A DNA stretch of 64,000 nucleotides from Chitinophagales bacterium (GCA_038257845.1 JBBSQL010000011.1:9152-73151), one strand, 5' to 3'. Positions 45,386 to 56,716 are shown, counted from the first letter of the stretch. Translations and numbers: made by a program. The notes: generated by a model from the letters alone, not told the origin.

Positions 45386-46984
45386 TTATACAACTGGAGC
45401 AGCATCACGTATTTCCTGTGTAACACCAGATTCAAACTTTGCAAAATTCTTAATGAAATGTGTAGCCAGTTCATGTGCTTTTTTATCATATTCATTTTTA
45501 TCTGTCCATGTATTCCTGGGATTTAATAATTCTGAAGGAACCCCGGGGCAGGTTTTTGGCATTTCCATTTTAAAAATTGGATGTATTTCATAATCAACGC
45601 TATCAAGTTCCCCATTTAAAACTGCAGTAATCATAGCTCGGGTATATCCCAGTTTCATCCGGTTTCCAACGCCATAACCTCCGCCGCTCCAGCCGGTGTT
45701 TATCATCCATACATGCACATGATTTTCGTTCATTTTTTTACCCAGCATTTCTGCATAAAAACCAGGGTGCAATGGTAAAAAGGGTGCCCCAAAACATGCA
45801 CTGAAAGTAGCTTTTGGCTCTGTAACTCCAGCTTCTGTTCCCGCAACTTTTGCAGTATAGCCACTGATAAACTGGTACATTGCCTGTCCTGCAGATAACC
45901 TGCTAATAGGTGGCAATACACCATACGCATCACAAGTCAGGAGGAAAATGTTTTTAGGCAATTTACCAATACTTGGTTCCAGCGCATTGCTGATAAAGGG
46001 AAGCGGGTAACTTACGCGGGTATTTTCTGTAATTGATTTATTGGAAAAATCTATTTCATTTGTGCCTTCATAAAAAACAATATTTTCAAGTAATGCGCCG
46101 GGCCTTATTGCTCTGAAAATTTCAGGTTCTTTATCTTCGCTCAGGTCAATACATTTCGCATAACAACCTCCTTCAAAATTAAATACTGAATTATCTGTCC
46201 AGCCATGTTCATCATCACCGATCAATTTTCTTGCAGGATCTGCACTTAAAGTTGTTTTACCTGTGCCACTCAGTCCAAAGAAAATAGCAACATCGCCATC
46301 TTCGCCCATATTTGCACTGCAATGCATGCTTAAAACATTTTTATCATAAGGCAGTATATAATTGAGAATTGAAAAAATGCCTTTTTTAATTTCACCTGTA
46401 TAACCTGTGCCTCCAATCAAAACCATTTTATGTGTAAAAGATATAATGGCAAAATTTCCCTGGCGGGTTCCATCCACGGAAGGATCTGCAAAAAACCCCG
46501 GTGCCTGGATGATTGTCCAGCCTGGTGTAAAATTTTCAAGGCTGGAAGATTCCGGCCTTAAAAACATATTATAGGCAAAAAGGTTACTCCAGGGATTTTC
46601 ATTGATTACCCGGATATTTATCTTGTATTTTTCATCTGCACAGGCCGCACAATCACGCACCCATACTTCATCTCTTTTATTTAAATAATCAAGCAATTTT
46701 GATTTAAGCTGGAAAAAATATTTCTCATCAATCGGAATATTAAAATTATTCCAGTTCACTGATTTTTCTGTAATGGCATCTTTGACAATAAATTTATCTA
46801 AAGGGCTACGGCCTGTATATTTTCCAGTATTAATACAAAGTGCACCGGTATTGTTCAAGGTTCCCTGCCCCCTGTCAACCGCTTGCTGTGTAAGCGTTTC
46901 AGGGCTTTCCTGGTAAAAAATATTTTCGTTTGTTAATCCTGTTTCAATAAGTTGTGCTGACGGATAATTCTTAGATGCTGGCAT
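45386..46984 (-). CDS. pckA: Phosphoenolpyruvate carboxykinase (ATP)
   Basis: Contains the FFGLSGTGKTTLS kinase-1a motif and IGDDEHGW. Confidence 0.96.
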   Translation of the reverse strand: MPASKNYPSAQLIETGLTNENIFYQESPETLTQQAVDRGQGTLNNTGALCINTGKYTGRSPLDKFIVKDAITEKSVNWNNFNIPIDEKYFFQLKSKLLDYLNKRDEVWVRDCAACADEKYKINIRVINENPWSNLFAYNMFLRPESSSLENFTPGWTIIQAPGFFADPSVDGTRQGNFAIISFTHKMVLIGGTGYTGEIKKGIFSILNYILPYDKNVLSMHCSANMGEDGDVAIFFGLSGTGKTTLSADPARKLIGDDEHGWTDNSVFNFEGGCYAKCIDLSEDKEPEIFRAIRPGALLENIVFYEGTNEIDFSNKSITENTRVSYPLPFISNALEPSIGKLPKNIFLLTCDAYGVLPPISRLSAGQAMYQFISGYTAKVAGTEAGVTEPKATFSACFGAPFLPLHPGFYAEMLGKKMNENHVHVWMINTGWSGGGYGVGNRMKLGYTRAMITAVLNGELDSVDYEIHPIFKMEMPKTCPGVPSELLNPRNTWTDKNEYDKKAHELATHFIKNFAKFESGVTQEIRDAAPVV

Positions 46985-47008
46985 AAACGTTCATTTTTGA
47001 TGGAGCTG

Positions 47009-47016
47009 CAAAGATA
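47009..47016 (-). promoter_or_regulatory. Bacteroidota -7 box TATCTTTG for pckA
   Basis: Exact TAnnTTTG match, about 25 nt upstream of the pckA ATG. Confidence 0.5.
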
Positions 47017-47166
47017 TTTCATAGTGTTGAAATATAAACTAACAAACAATAGTTTTTTAAATTTCTAAAGGTGTTCCGTTTGACAATTTTTAAAAAAAAT
47101 GTACACTTTTAAAAATATAATAAAAAAATTGACTTAGCAGGAGATTTTCAATAAACAGGGCATATT

Positions 47167-48045
47167 TTACGCTCCAAGATAGACATGTAATTTTCTCCGG
47201 GAAGGCCGCGAATTTTTTATTTTTAAAATCGCTTTATCTTTTATTTGGCGCACTCTTTCCGTTGTTAAATTCAACTTCCGGCTAATTTCTCCGAGGCTTA
47301 AGGGGTTTTCCAACCCCAAACCAAAAAAATCAGATACAATTTCCTTTTGTCTCGCAGACAGCAAACTTAATATATGTTGTATATCTTCTTTTAATGATTC
47401 CGTGTATGCAAGGTTGTCATCCACACTTTTGCAATTCCGGTCTTCCATCAAATCATATAAGTTGCTTTCTTCTACATTTAAAAGCGGTGCATCAAAGCTT
47501 ACATGCCTGTATGTGAGCTGCAATGCAGATAATATTTCATCTTCATTCATTTTAAGGCTCGCTGCCAGTTCCTGTGCTGTCGGTTCTCTTTCATTGACCT
47601 GCATGAGCTTTTCAATACCAGCATTGATATGTGAGTTAAGTGTTATTTTATTGAGCGGAAAGCGCACCATCCTGCTTTGATCGGCAATGGCTTGAATAAT
47701 TGATTGACGAATCCACCACACAGCATAGGAGATGAATTTAAAGCCTTTTGTAAAATCAAAGCGTTTAGCAGCTTTTATCAAGCCCACATTGCCTTCATTA
47801 ATCAGGTCTGACAAGCTCAGGCCATGTTTCTCATATTGTTTTGCAACCGAGATCACAAACCGGAGATTGGCATTCACCAATTGCTGAAGTGCATTTTCAT
47901 CCCCGGATTTAATGCGCTTTGCCAGCTTTGCTTCTTCATGTGGTTGAAGCAATTTAAATTTAGCTACTTCAGCCATGTACTTAACGAGGCTGATTGTCTC
48001 ACGACTTGTAATTGATTTGGTGATAAGTAATTTTCGCATTCCCAT
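47167..48045 (-). CDS. RpoD-like sigma-70 family factor (Bacteroidota short SigA type; primary versus secondary not decidable)
   Basis: Region 2 is ANLRFVISVAKQYEKHGLSLSDLINEGNVGLIKAAKRFDFTKGFKFISYAVWWIRQSI. Region 4 is LGEISRKLNLTTERVRQIKDKA. Confidence 0.88.
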   Translation of the reverse strand: MGMRKLLITKSITSRETISLVKYMAEVAKFKLLQPHEEAKLAKRIKSGDENALQQLVNANLRFVISVAKQYEKHGLSLSDLINEGNVGLIKAAKRFDFTKGFKFISYAVWWIRQSIIQAIADQSRMVRFPLNKITLNSHINAGIEKLMQVNEREPTAQELAASLKMNEDEILSALQLTYRHVSFDAPLLNVEESNLYDLMEDRNCKSVDDNLAYTESLKEDIQHILSLLSARQKEIVSDFFGLGLENPLSLGEISRKLNLTTERVRQIKDKAILKIKNSRPSRRKLHVYLGA

Positions 48046-48283
48046 GTGATTTCATTTTAAGATGAAAAATTCTATTTCAGTTCTTTATAGAAATTTTTCC
48101 ATTGGGAGGAAATGCTAAGAATATGCAAAATATGCTTTTTTATTTATTTTTTCAAAAAAAACATTTTCAGTACTAAAAATACTCATTTCAGCCTCATTTA
48201 TATAAAATGTAAAAAGGAATTGAAATAATATTTTGATGGTAATTATTATTTAATACTTTGCAGCCCAACTGAAGATAGAAAAA

Positions 48284-48673
48284 ATGAAGAACATGGCTAA
48301 GAAACAATTATTTACTTTAGAATACCCGGTACGCTGCTCCCCTGCAATATTGTATGAATTTCTATCTACCCCGGCAGGTCTGCAGGAATGGTTTGCGGAT
48401 ACCGTGGATGAGCGGGACAATGTTTTCAGTTTTATATGGGAAGGTTCAACTGAAAAAGCGGAAGTTGTAGGGAAAGAGCAGGATAAATTTATCCGTTTTC
48501 GCTGGCTACTATCTCCTAAAGAAGAATATTGGGAATTCCGTATTGATAGCAGTGAAGTAGCTAATCAAACGATTTTGGTGGTTAATGATTTTGGTGAAAA
48601 AAGTGATATAAAAGATCAATCCCGGCTTTGGGATTCACAATTCAAAGATTTATTTCACCGCCTGGGCAGTTAA
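48284..48673 (+). CDS. START/SRPBCC-like small protein
   Basis: SPAILYEFLSTPAGLQEWFAD has an AHSA1/START-like N-terminal pattern. Confidence 0.6.
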   Translation: MKNMAKKQLFTLEYPVRCSPAILYEFLSTPAGLQEWFADTVDERDNVFSFIWEGSTEKAEVVGKEQDKFIRFRWLLSPKEEYWEFRIDSSEVANQTILVVNDFGEKSDIKDQSRLWDSQFKDLFHRLGS

Positions 48674-49269
48674 TATTGCAGCATCATCAATATCTCTTTG
48701 AAATTTTCCCTGAAAAATAATGGTATTGAATGCCAGTCTGAGAGGTCAATTTTCTTTGCAATCTTAAAAAAAGGTTTTTCCAGATTTAAACTAAAAATCT
48801 TTTCCTCTCTATTACAATCCCGCAATAACCGGTAATGATTTTTTTCTATTGAATGTTCCCATTCATTGCCCGACATTCCTATCAACCAGTCATCACTTTG
48901 TTTTGCTGCCAGGATCTTTGGCACATAGACAATTTTATACTTGCCTTTGAGATGTAATGTAATACTGCAAAAATTTCCCCACCAGAATAAACTACGCACG
49001 GCAAATACATGTTCTTTGGAAAATATTCCCGGAAAATCCAGGATCACATAAGGAAGGCCTTCATGATTTTCACCCCGCGATATCTTCTGGAAATCAAGTG
49101 AAACTGGCACTTCCAAATTCGTCAGGCAATATTGTATATCAGTTCGGTATTCACTGCTGAGTTCTGCAAAAAATATTTTCACTTTCTCTATTATTTCATT
49201 CTTTAATAATAAGATTTCTTTATTTCCTGCCAGTTCATATTCCGCAACCGAAAGATTTATATTTGCCAT
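48670..49269 (-). CDS. Hypothetical protein (199 aa)
   Basis: A clean ORF from the ATG giving MANINLS. Its 3' end overlaps the convergent gene by 4 nt. No family recognised. Confidence 0.55.
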   Translation of the reverse strand: MANINLSVAEYELAGNKEILLLKNEIIEKVKIFFAELSSEYRTDIQYCLTNLEVPVSLDFQKISRGENHEGLPYVILDFPGIFSKEHVFAVRSLFWWGNFCSITLHLKGKYKIVYVPKILAAKQSDDWLIGMSGNEWEHSIEKNHYRLLRDCNREEKIFSLNLEKPFFKIAKKIDLSDWHSIPLFFRENFKEILMMLQY

Positions 49270-49301
49270 AATTATATATTTAAAATAAAGAAATATCCCC
49301 A

Positions 49302-50747
49302 TTGATTAAGAAGCTTGATATACTTGTATTGCGTTCATTCATTGGGCCATTCCTGGCTACTTTTCTCATTTCATTATTTGTATTAATTCTCCAGTTTTTC
49401 TGGTTATATATTGATGACCTCGTAGGCAAGGGCCTTGATCTCAGCACGCTGGCATATCTGACCTCTTTGGTTGCAGTTACCTGGGTGCCTCTTGCTTTGC
49501 CATTGGCATTGTTACTTTCATCCATCATGGCATTTGGAAAACTCGGTGAAACGTTTGAATTAGTTGCCTTAAAATCCGCTGGTGTGCCACTTATCCGTTT
49601 TATGCGACCTGTTTTTATTGTGACAATCATATTGAGTATTGTGGCTTTTTTCTTCGCGAATAATATTATTCCTGTAGCAAACTTAAAGTTAAACACGGTG
49701 AAATATGATATCCTCGTTGCCAAACCTGCATTCGATATCAAAGAAGGTGTTTTTTATGATAAAATAGAAGGTTATATAATTAAAATCGGGAAAAAAGATA
49801 AAGATGACAGTACCATTCGCAATGTCATTATCTGGGAAAAAACATTTGGCCTGCAGGACAATTTTATGACGGCAGAAAGTGGCATCATGAGTATCACACC
49901 GGATAAAAAATTTTTAAGATTTACAATGCATAATGGCTGGAATTACCAGGAAAACGGGAATCGCTATAATCCCAATACAGAATTTATCAGGCTTGGATTT
50001 AAAGATTATGTCAAAGAGTTTGACCTGAGTAGTTTTAAGATGAATAAAACTTCTGACACGGCATTTAAAGACAATCCTCAAATGCTGAGCATCCGGCAAC
50101 TTAATCATGCAATTGATTCCTTAGGTGACATTCATCAACAATTTGGGGCAACACTACAAAAGCAGGCCGCGCCATATCTTTCCTTCCTCCGGTTAAAAGA
50201 CAGTGCCTGGCCAAATACTAATTCAATTCATGGTGAATCCATTTCTCAAATCATCCCGGATACTTTAAAAACCATGATTTTTAATCGGGCAATTGCACAA
50301 GCCAGTAGTACCAAAAGTTATATAGATCTGCTGGCAGTGGATTATAAAAGCCGCCTCGAAACAGAAAGAAAATACTGGATTGAATGGAACAGGAAATTTA
50401 CACTTTCTGCGGCCTGCATTGTTTTATTTTTAATTGGTGCACCATTGGGTTCAATTATTCGTCGTGGCGGTTTGGGAACGCCGCTGGTATTTGCCATTGT
50501 ATTTTTTGTGTTATTTAATATGCTGAATACTTTTGGTGAAAAATTTGCCAAAGAAGGCGTTACAAGTCCCTTTACAGGAATGTGGCTTTCTGCAATGGTC
50601 TTAGTGCCCATTGGATTATTTCTAACAGTTAAAGCGATGCGGGATTCGCAATTATTTAATAAAGAATATTATTTCCGTTTTGCCAGGCGGCTAAGAAGAA
50701 TTGGACTTAAAACAGGATTGATAAAAGACAATGCTCCCATTAAATAA
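49302..50747 (+). CDS. LptF/LptG-family LPS export permease
   Basis: MIKKLDILVLRSFIGPFLATFLISLFVL is the YjgP/YjgQ N-terminus. It has 6 TM segments with a large periplasmic loop. The apparent start is TTG. Confidence 0.8.
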   Translation: MIKKLDILVLRSFIGPFLATFLISLFVLILQFFWLYIDDLVGKGLDLSTLAYLTSLVAVTWVPLALPLALLLSSIMAFGKLGETFELVALKSAGVPLIRFMRPVFIVTIILSIVAFFFANNIIPVANLKLNTVKYDILVAKPAFDIKEGVFYDKIEGYIIKIGKKDKDDSTIRNVIIWEKTFGLQDNFMTAESGIMSITPDKKFLRFTMHNGWNYQENGNRYNPNTEFIRLGFKDYVKEFDLSSFKMNKTSDTAFKDNPQMLSIRQLNHAIDSLGDIHQQFGATLQKQAAPYLSFLRLKDSAWPNTNSIHGESISQIIPDTLKTMIFNRAIAQASSTKSYIDLLAVDYKSRLETERKYWIEWNRKFTLSAACIVLFLIGAPLGSIIRRGGLGTPLVFAIVFFVLFNMLNTFGEKFAKEGVTSPFTGMWLSAMVLVPIGLFLTVKAMRDSQLFNKEYYFRFARRLRRIGLKTGLIKDNAPIK

Positions 50748-50773
50748 ATTTTCTTTACATTAATTTAAAACAG

Positions 50774-51772
50774 TTGCAAAAAGCAGTTCAAAATTTGGGG
50801 GTGCAAAAATGGATAACATTTGTTTCCGTCTTGCTTTTCATTGCCAAAATGGGGGCATATTACCGCACCAATTCTACGGCGGTGTTATCGGATGCATTGG
50901 AAAGTGTGGTAAATGTAATTGCAGGAATTATCGGGCTTGTGGCATTATATGTGGCAGCAAAACCACGGGATGCCGATCATCCTTATGGCCATGGAAAAGC
51001 AGAATTTATTTCTGCAGCAGCGGAAGGCGCATTAATTATTTGTGCCGGTTTTTTTATTTTATACGAAACAGTTATACATTTCATTGAACAAACACCGGTA
51101 TTGCATATTGATGAAGGGCTTTACATCATTGCAGCAACCGCGGTTATAAATCTTATTGCAGGACTTTATTGCATTCGTATTGGTAAAAAAAATAATTCCC
51201 TTGCCTTGCATTCCTCCGGCAAACATTTATTGCTGGACACGGCCTCTACCTTACTTATTATTCTTGCACTGGGTGTCATGTATTTTATCAAAATTTACTG
51301 GATTGATAAAGCAACATCATTGATTATGGCTATTATTGTTTTGTACAACGGGTATAAAATAATCCGTAAATCATTTGCAGGAATCATGGATGAAGCGGAT
51401 GAGAAATTGTTGAAGAATTTGATCAGCCTCCTGAATGATAACAGGCAGGCAAAATGGATTGACCTGCATAACCTTCGTGTAATTAAATACGGCGCAGTGT
51501 TGCATATTGATTGCCACATGACAGTTCCCTGGTACCTGAATGTGCGGGAAGCGCATTCAGAAATTGATGCGTTAATTCATTTAATAAAAACGAAATTTGG
51601 GGATGCCGTTGAAATGTTTATTCATACAGATGCATGCATGGAATTTTCCTGCCCGATTTGCATGGTAGCGGATTGCCCGGTAAGATTACAGCCATTTGAA
51701 AAAAGCGTAGAATGGAGTATGAAAAATATAATTCCAAATCAAAAACATAGTATAAAGCAAACAGAAAGATAA
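50774..51772 (+). CDS. Cation diffusion facilitator family transporter
   Basis: Contains SDALESVVNVIAG and DHPYGHGKAEF, plus a C-terminal cytoplasmic domain. The start codon is uncertain (TTG). Confidence 0.85.
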   Translation: MQKAVQNLGVQKWITFVSVLLFIAKMGAYYRTNSTAVLSDALESVVNVIAGIIGLVALYVAAKPRDADHPYGHGKAEFISAAAEGALIICAGFFILYETVIHFIEQTPVLHIDEGLYIIAATAVINLIAGLYCIRIGKKNNSLALHSSGKHLLLDTASTLLIILALGVMYFIKIYWIDKATSLIMAIIVLYNGYKIIRKSFAGIMDEADEKLLKNLISLLNDNRQAKWIDLHNLRVIKYGAVLHIDCHMTVPWYLNVREAHSEIDALIHLIKTKFGDAVEMFIHTDACMEFSCPICMVADCPVRLQPFEKSVEWSMKNIIPNQKHSIKQTER

Positions 51773-51871
51773 ATTCATTATAAAGATAAAAGCAGTTTAT
51801 AACTGTGTGTTTAAAATATTCTATATTCGTCAACCATCGAAATCGTATTCTCAACTTTTAAAAATATATAT

Positions 51872-53242
51872 ATGGAAGCATGGAAAGATTACCAGGAAAA
51901 AAATAAAGACAGATTCCTGGAAGAATTATTGGAATTATTGCGCATCCCGAGTGTAAGCGCACGCAATGAAAATAAAAAAGATATGCTCACCTGTGCGGAA
52001 GCAGTAAAAAACAGGCTTACGGAAGCAGGCGCAGAAAATGTAAAAATTATTCCTACTACAGGCCACCCGGTTGTTTATGGAGAAAAAATAATTGATGCAT
52101 CCAAACCCACCGTATTGGTATATGGACATTATGATGTACAACCGGCAGATCCGCTGGAACTCTGGAATAGCGGGCCTTTCGAACCGGTGATCAAAGACGG
52201 TAAAATCTTTGCCCGTGGTGCCTGTGATGATAAAGGCCAATTTTATATGCATATTAAAGCGTTGGAAATAATGACAAAAACCAACAGCTTACCGGTTAAT
52301 ATAAAATTCCTCATTGAAGGCGAAGAGGAAATTGGTTCTGCACACCTGGCTGAATTTTTAGAAGAAAATAAATCCCTGTTGCAGGCCGATGTTATTTTGA
52401 TCAGCGATACTGCAATGCTTAGTATGGATACACCGAGCATTGATGTTGGAGTCCGCGGTCTTTCTTATGTAGAAATTGAATTGACAGGCCCTAACCGCGA
52501 CCTGCATAGTGGTGTGTATGGTGGCGCTGTGGCAAATCCAATTACTATTCTCGCCCAAATGATCGCATCGCTCCATGATGAAAATAATCATATAACCATT
52601 ACCGGGTTTTATGATGATGTAGTGAATTCAACAGATGAAGAAAGAAAAGCCATGGCCAAAGCGCCTTATGATGAGGAAGCCTATAAAGAAGATTTAGGGG
52701 TGAAAAATTTATGGGGTGAAAAAGGTTACACAACGAATGAAAGAACAGGTATCAGGCCTACACTGGAAGTGAATGGAATTTGGGGCGGCTATACAGGTGA
52801 AGGTGCTAAAACAGTTTTGCCATCAAAAGCAACTGCAAAAATTTCCTGCAGGTTGGTGCCGAATCAAAAAAGTCCAAAAATGACAAAATTAATAATGGAT
52901 CATTTGAAAAAAATTGCACCGGATACAGTTACTGTAAACATTTTTGAACATCACGGTGGCGATCCTTATATGACGCCTGTTGACAGCCTGGAATATGAAG
53001 CTGCTGCAAAAGCCATTGAAAAAACTTTTGGCAAAAAACCTATACCAGTTCGTGGTGGTGGAAGTATTCCGATTACGGCACTTTTTGAATCTGTATTAAA
53101 TTGCAAAACTGTTTTCCTGGGCTTTGGCCTCGACAGTGATAACCTGCATAGCCCGAATGAAAAATATGGTTTATTCAATTTCTATAAAGGCATTGAAACC
53201 ATTCCATATTTTCATCAGTATTATGCTGAAATGAAAAAATAA
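51872..53242 (+). CDS. M20-family dipeptidase
   Basis: Contains YGHYDVQPADP, RGACDDKGQ and EGEEEIGS metal-ligand motifs. Confidence 0.88.
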   Translation: MEAWKDYQEKNKDRFLEELLELLRIPSVSARNENKKDMLTCAEAVKNRLTEAGAENVKIIPTTGHPVVYGEKIIDASKPTVLVYGHYDVQPADPLELWNSGPFEPVIKDGKIFARGACDDKGQFYMHIKALEIMTKTNSLPVNIKFLIEGEEEIGSAHLAEFLEENKSLLQADVILISDTAMLSMDTPSIDVGVRGLSYVEIELTGPNRDLHSGVYGGAVANPITILAQMIASLHDENNHITITGFYDDVVNSTDEERKAMAKAPYDEEAYKEDLGVKNLWGEKGYTTNERTGIRPTLEVNGIWGGYTGEGAKTVLPSKATAKISCRLVPNQKSPKMTKLIMDHLKKIAPDTVTVNIFEHHGGDPYMTPVDSLEYEAAAKAIEKTFGKKPIPVRGGGSIPITALFESVLNCKTVFLGFGLDSDNLHSPNEKYGLFNFYKGIETIPYFHQYYAEMKK

Positions 53243-53291
53243 ATAGCTGGTTTATCCTGAAAATTTTTTTCGGAAAATTTTGAAGAAATGT

Positions 53292-53681
53292 ATGAATACA
53301 GTTCCCGCTAAAATAAGAATTGATAAATATTTATGGGCTATACGAATTTTCAAAACACGCACGCAAGCAGCAGATGCATGCAGCAAGGGTAAAGTAAAAA
53401 TGAATGGAAATTCGTTGAAAGCTTCTAAGATTGTTGAGATAAATGATCAATACGAAATAAAAACAGAAGCCCGAAAATGGCTTATAAAAGTTACCCGATT
53501 ATTGCAGCAGCGTGTTCAATTTTCAGAGGCTGTAAATTTTTATACGGACCTTACACCTGCTGAGGAAAAGAAAGAGGAAAGTTATGAAGCAACTGCATTT
53601 CATACCGGAAAAAGATTAAGTAAAATAGGCCGGCCAACAAAAAAAGAGCGACGAGGGAGGGATGACTTTTTCAATGATTAA
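53292..53681 (+). CDS. S4-domain RNA-binding protein (Hsp15-like)
   Basis: RIDKYLWAIRIFKTRTQAADACSKGKVKMNG. Confidence 0.75.
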   Translation: MNTVPAKIRIDKYLWAIRIFKTRTQAADACSKGKVKMNGNSLKASKIVEINDQYEIKTEARKWLIKVTRLLQQRVQFSEAVNFYTDLTPAEEKKEESYEATAFHTGKRLSKIGRPTKKERRGRDDFFND

Positions 53682-53687
53682 GATCAA

Positions 53688-54596
53688 TTATATTTTATCC
53701 ATTGAAAAAGTTTCCCGGATGCCTTCTTCAAAGAGAATAGGATCAAAATCCAGTTCATTGATTGCCCTTTGAATTTTCAAACCGGATTTTTGGGGCCTTA
53801 CTACTGGTTGTTTTAATTCTTCGCCTCTAACTTTTTCCAACAGGTCCGTATTTAAACCAAGTAATTTTGCTGTGGCAAATGCCATATCAGATGGCGACAG
53901 CGTTTCTTTTCCCGCAAGATGAAAAACACCTGTTTTATTTCTTTCAATGATGGCATTAATACCTATACAGAAATCACCAACAAAAGTAGGTGTCCGCTTT
54001 TCATCGGTTACTACTTTAATAGATTGATTTTTTTTCAGGCAATTTTTGATAAGTTGAATAAATCCACCTCTCGTACCTTCCCATACAGGCCCATAGACAA
54101 AAACAGGTCGTACAATTGTATAAGGAATAGTTGTAGCAGAAACAATTTTTTCCGCCATCAGTTTGGATTCTCCATAAAAATTAAGTGGTGCAGGAATATC
54201 ATTTTCTGCATGCGGGCCATTTTCACCAAAAACAAAATCGGTGGATAGAAATATGAAATGCACTTTTTTTCCCGGCGCAAGAGCAGAAGCCGCTTCCAAC
54301 AAATACCTTGTAGCTTCTACATTTATTTGCAAGCATTCTTCCCTATAAACATGACAATCATTCGGCTTACTCATCGCCGCATTATGAATGATCACATCCG
54401 GCATAATACTTTGTATTAATTCCTGAACGTTTTCTTTATTGGTTAATTCTGCTTCGCAATACACTACCTTTTCCGGGATATTTATGTCCCGGCAAAGTCC
54501 GCGCCCGCTGGTATAAACGTCTATATTTTTCTGTGAAAAGAAATGAGCCAAATGGCTACCTAAAAACCCATTTGCTCCCGTAATGAGTATTCGCAT
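53688..54596 (-). CDS. NAD(P)-dependent SDR, RmlD (dTDP-4-dehydrorhamnose reductase)-like
   Basis: Contains ILITGANGFLGSHL and the YGESK catalytic motif. Confidence 0.75.
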   Translation of the reverse strand: MRILITGANGFLGSHLAHFFSQKNIDVYTSGRGLCRDINIPEKVVYCEAELTNKENVQELIQSIMPDVIIHNAAMSKPNDCHVYREECLQINVEATRYLLEAASALAPGKKVHFIFLSTDFVFGENGPHAENDIPAPLNFYGESKLMAEKIVSATTIPYTIVRPVFVYGPVWEGTRGGFIQLIKNCLKKNQSIKVVTDEKRTPTFVGDFCIGINAIIERNKTGVFHLAGKETLSPSDMAFATAKLLGLNTDLLEKVRGEELKQPVVRPQKSGLKIQRAINELDFDPILFEEGIRETFSMDKI

Positions 54597-54626
54597 AAAT
54601 TCGAAGGTTTTTTAGTTTTGATTGAT

Positions 54627-55181
54627 CTACAATTCTTGATCCTCAGTATTTTCTGAATTTTCCGTACTCGTGTTTTCTTCACCTTCTTCGCCAAAGCCTT
54701 CCATGCCTTTTTCCAAATCATATTTTTCTTCAATATCCGCAAACTTACTACCCAAAAGACTTTTCGTGCCATATTGCGGCGGACCGATCCCTTCCGTGCG
54801 TGAGATAAACGGGTATGAATAATTCCTGTTTTCTTCTTTGGAAACATGAATTAGCTCAACCAAAAATGACCATTTTTTGCTAAAGTCATATAGATAAATA
54901 AATTTCTGGTTGGTATCACGAATTTCACTCCCTATGGTCGTTTGATCCATTAACAGCGGTTCCGCTTTATAATCCTTATCATATTTCAGGAGTGTAATTT
55001 CTCTGCCATGTAACCAATGGTCATTGCTGCGAAAAAAAGTTGCTTCGTGTTTGTCATCAAAACTGAAAGCGAGTAAAATAGCATTATGTAATTGGGAAAA
55101 AAACTGCTTATGATGGATCAATATATCACGGTAAACCGTATCGTCTTCTTCGAGGTAAATTCTGAATTTTAAAATGGCCAT
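54627..55181 (-). CDS. pRiA4b ORF-3-like (MM3350/IS1096 passenger TnpR-like) domain protein with an acidic tail
   Basis: LKFRIYLEEDDTVYRDILIHHKQFFSQLHNAILLAFSFDDKHEATFF matches the family N-terminal pattern as recalled. Confidence 0.6.
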   Translation of the reverse strand: MAILKFRIYLEEDDTVYRDILIHHKQFFSQLHNAILLAFSFDDKHEATFFRSNDHWLHGREITLLKYDKDYKAEPLLMDQTTIGSEIRDTNQKFIYLYDFSKKWSFLVELIHVSKEENRNYSYPFISRTEGIGPPQYGTKSLLGSKFADIEEKYDLEKGMEGFGEEGEENTSTENSENTEDQEL

Positions 55182-55261
55182 GCCTGTTTAATTATTTTAT
55201 AAAAATAGAGCACCAATATTACTGTACCGTTCAGCAAAAATGATGCGGGATAATATACAAT

Positions 55262-56716
55262 TTATTCAACGAGTTGCAAGTTTAAGTCTTTTGCTTTTTG
55301 TAACATAAAGGAATATGCGGCAGAATGGTTGTTTTCAATTTTACCATCAAGAATTGCTTCTCTGATGGCGTCTTTGATGAAGCCAACTTCCCGGCAGGGC
55401 TTTAGCCCAAATGCCTGCATGATCTCTTCTCCTGAAACAGGTGGCTGCCAGTTTCGTAAATGATCCTTTTCTTCCACCTCCTGCATACGCTGCCTGACGA
55501 TCGCAAAATTTTCCAGGAACTTTGCTTTTTTCATTTTATTCTTGCTGGTAATATCGGCATTACAAAGCAGCATCAGTTGATCAATATCTTCACCTGCATC
55601 CAGCAATAAACGACGAACTGCGCTGTCGGTAATATTTTCTTTCGTAAGGCTGATTGGCCGGAGATGAAGCAATACCATTTTCTGTACAAACCTCATTTTT
55701 TCATTCATGGGCAATTTTAATTGCCTGAAAATTTTAGGAACCATTTTAGCACCAACTACTTCATGTCCGTGAAAGGTCCAGCCGGCATTTTGATCAAATC
55801 GTTTTGTTGCAGGTTTGGCAATATCATGTAAGATCGCAGCCCATCTCATCCACAGGTCATTCGTTTTGGCTGCCACATTATCCAGCACTTGCAGTGTATG
55901 ATAGAAATTATCTTTATGGCCTTTCCCATCTACGTATTCTGCGCCATGCAAACGCATCATTTGCGGAAAGAAAATTTCCAGTAAGCCACTTTCACTCAGC
56001 AGGTGAAAACCTGTTGAAGGTTTTTTAGATAAAATGATTTTATTCAATTCATCCGTAATTCTTTCTATAGAAACAATATTGATCCTGTTTGCATTTTTTT
56101 GTATCGCCTGGAAAGTTGTTGCTTCAATTTCAAAATCGAGTTGTGCTGCGAAACGAATAGCGCGCATCATTCTCAATGGGTCATCAGTAAATGTTATATT
56201 GGGATCGAGTGGTGTTTTAAGTATTCTTTTTTCCAGGTCTTCCACCCCTTTAAAAGGATCCAGTAAATTGCCAAAATCATCTTCATTCAAACTGATAGCC
56301 ATAGCATTAATTGTAAAATCGCGGCGCAACTGGTCATCTTTTAATGTACCCGGAAGTACTTCTGGTTTTCTCGAATTGCTAGAATAGCTTTCTTTTCTTG
56401 CTCCCACAAATTCTATTTCATATTGAAGATTTTTATTTAGGACATTTATAAAATGTCTTGCGTTCAATTTAATTTGTGCAGTACCAAAAGTTTTAAAATG
56501 TGCTAATGCAGGTGGTGGAGAAAAATTTTTAGAAACAAGATAAGCGAGTTCTATACCATCCCCTACACAAACAATATCCAGGTCGCTTACAGGCCTTCCC
56601 AATATTTTATCCCGAACAAACCCGCCAATCAAATAGCAGGGCATTTTCATTTTTTGTGCGGATGTAGCAATAATTTTTAATAAATCTAATTCGATTTCCG
56701 AACATTCAATATCCAT
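55262..56716 (-). CDS. cca: CCA-adding tRNA nucleotidyltransferase / poly(A) polymerase family with an HD domain
   Basis: Contains [29 protein letters not shown] and HD (LHDIAKP). Start set at the ATG giving MDIECSE. Confidence 0.85.
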   Translation of the reverse strand: MDIECSEIELDLLKIIATSAQKMKMPCYLIGGFVRDKILGRPVSDLDIVCVGDGIELAYLVSKNFSPPPALAHFKTFGTAQIKLNARHFINVLNKNLQYEIEFVGARKESYSSNSRKPEVLPGTLKDDQLRRDFTINAMAISLNEDDFGNLLDPFKGVEDLEKRILKTPLDPNITFTDDPLRMMRAIRFAAQLDFEIEATTFQAIQKNANRINIVSIERITDELNKIILSKKPSTGFHLLSESGLLEIFFPQMMRLHGAEYVDGKGHKDNFYHTLQVLDNVAAKTNDLWMRWAAILHDIAKPATKRFDQNAGWTFHGHEVVGAKMVPKIFRQLKLPMNEKMRFVQKMVLLHLRPISLTKENITDSAVRRLLLDAGEDIDQLMLLCNADITSKNKMKKAKFLENFAIVRQRMQEVEEKDHLRNWQPPVSGEEIMQAFGLKPCREVGFIKDAIREAILDGKIENNHSAAYSFMLQKAKDLNLQLVE

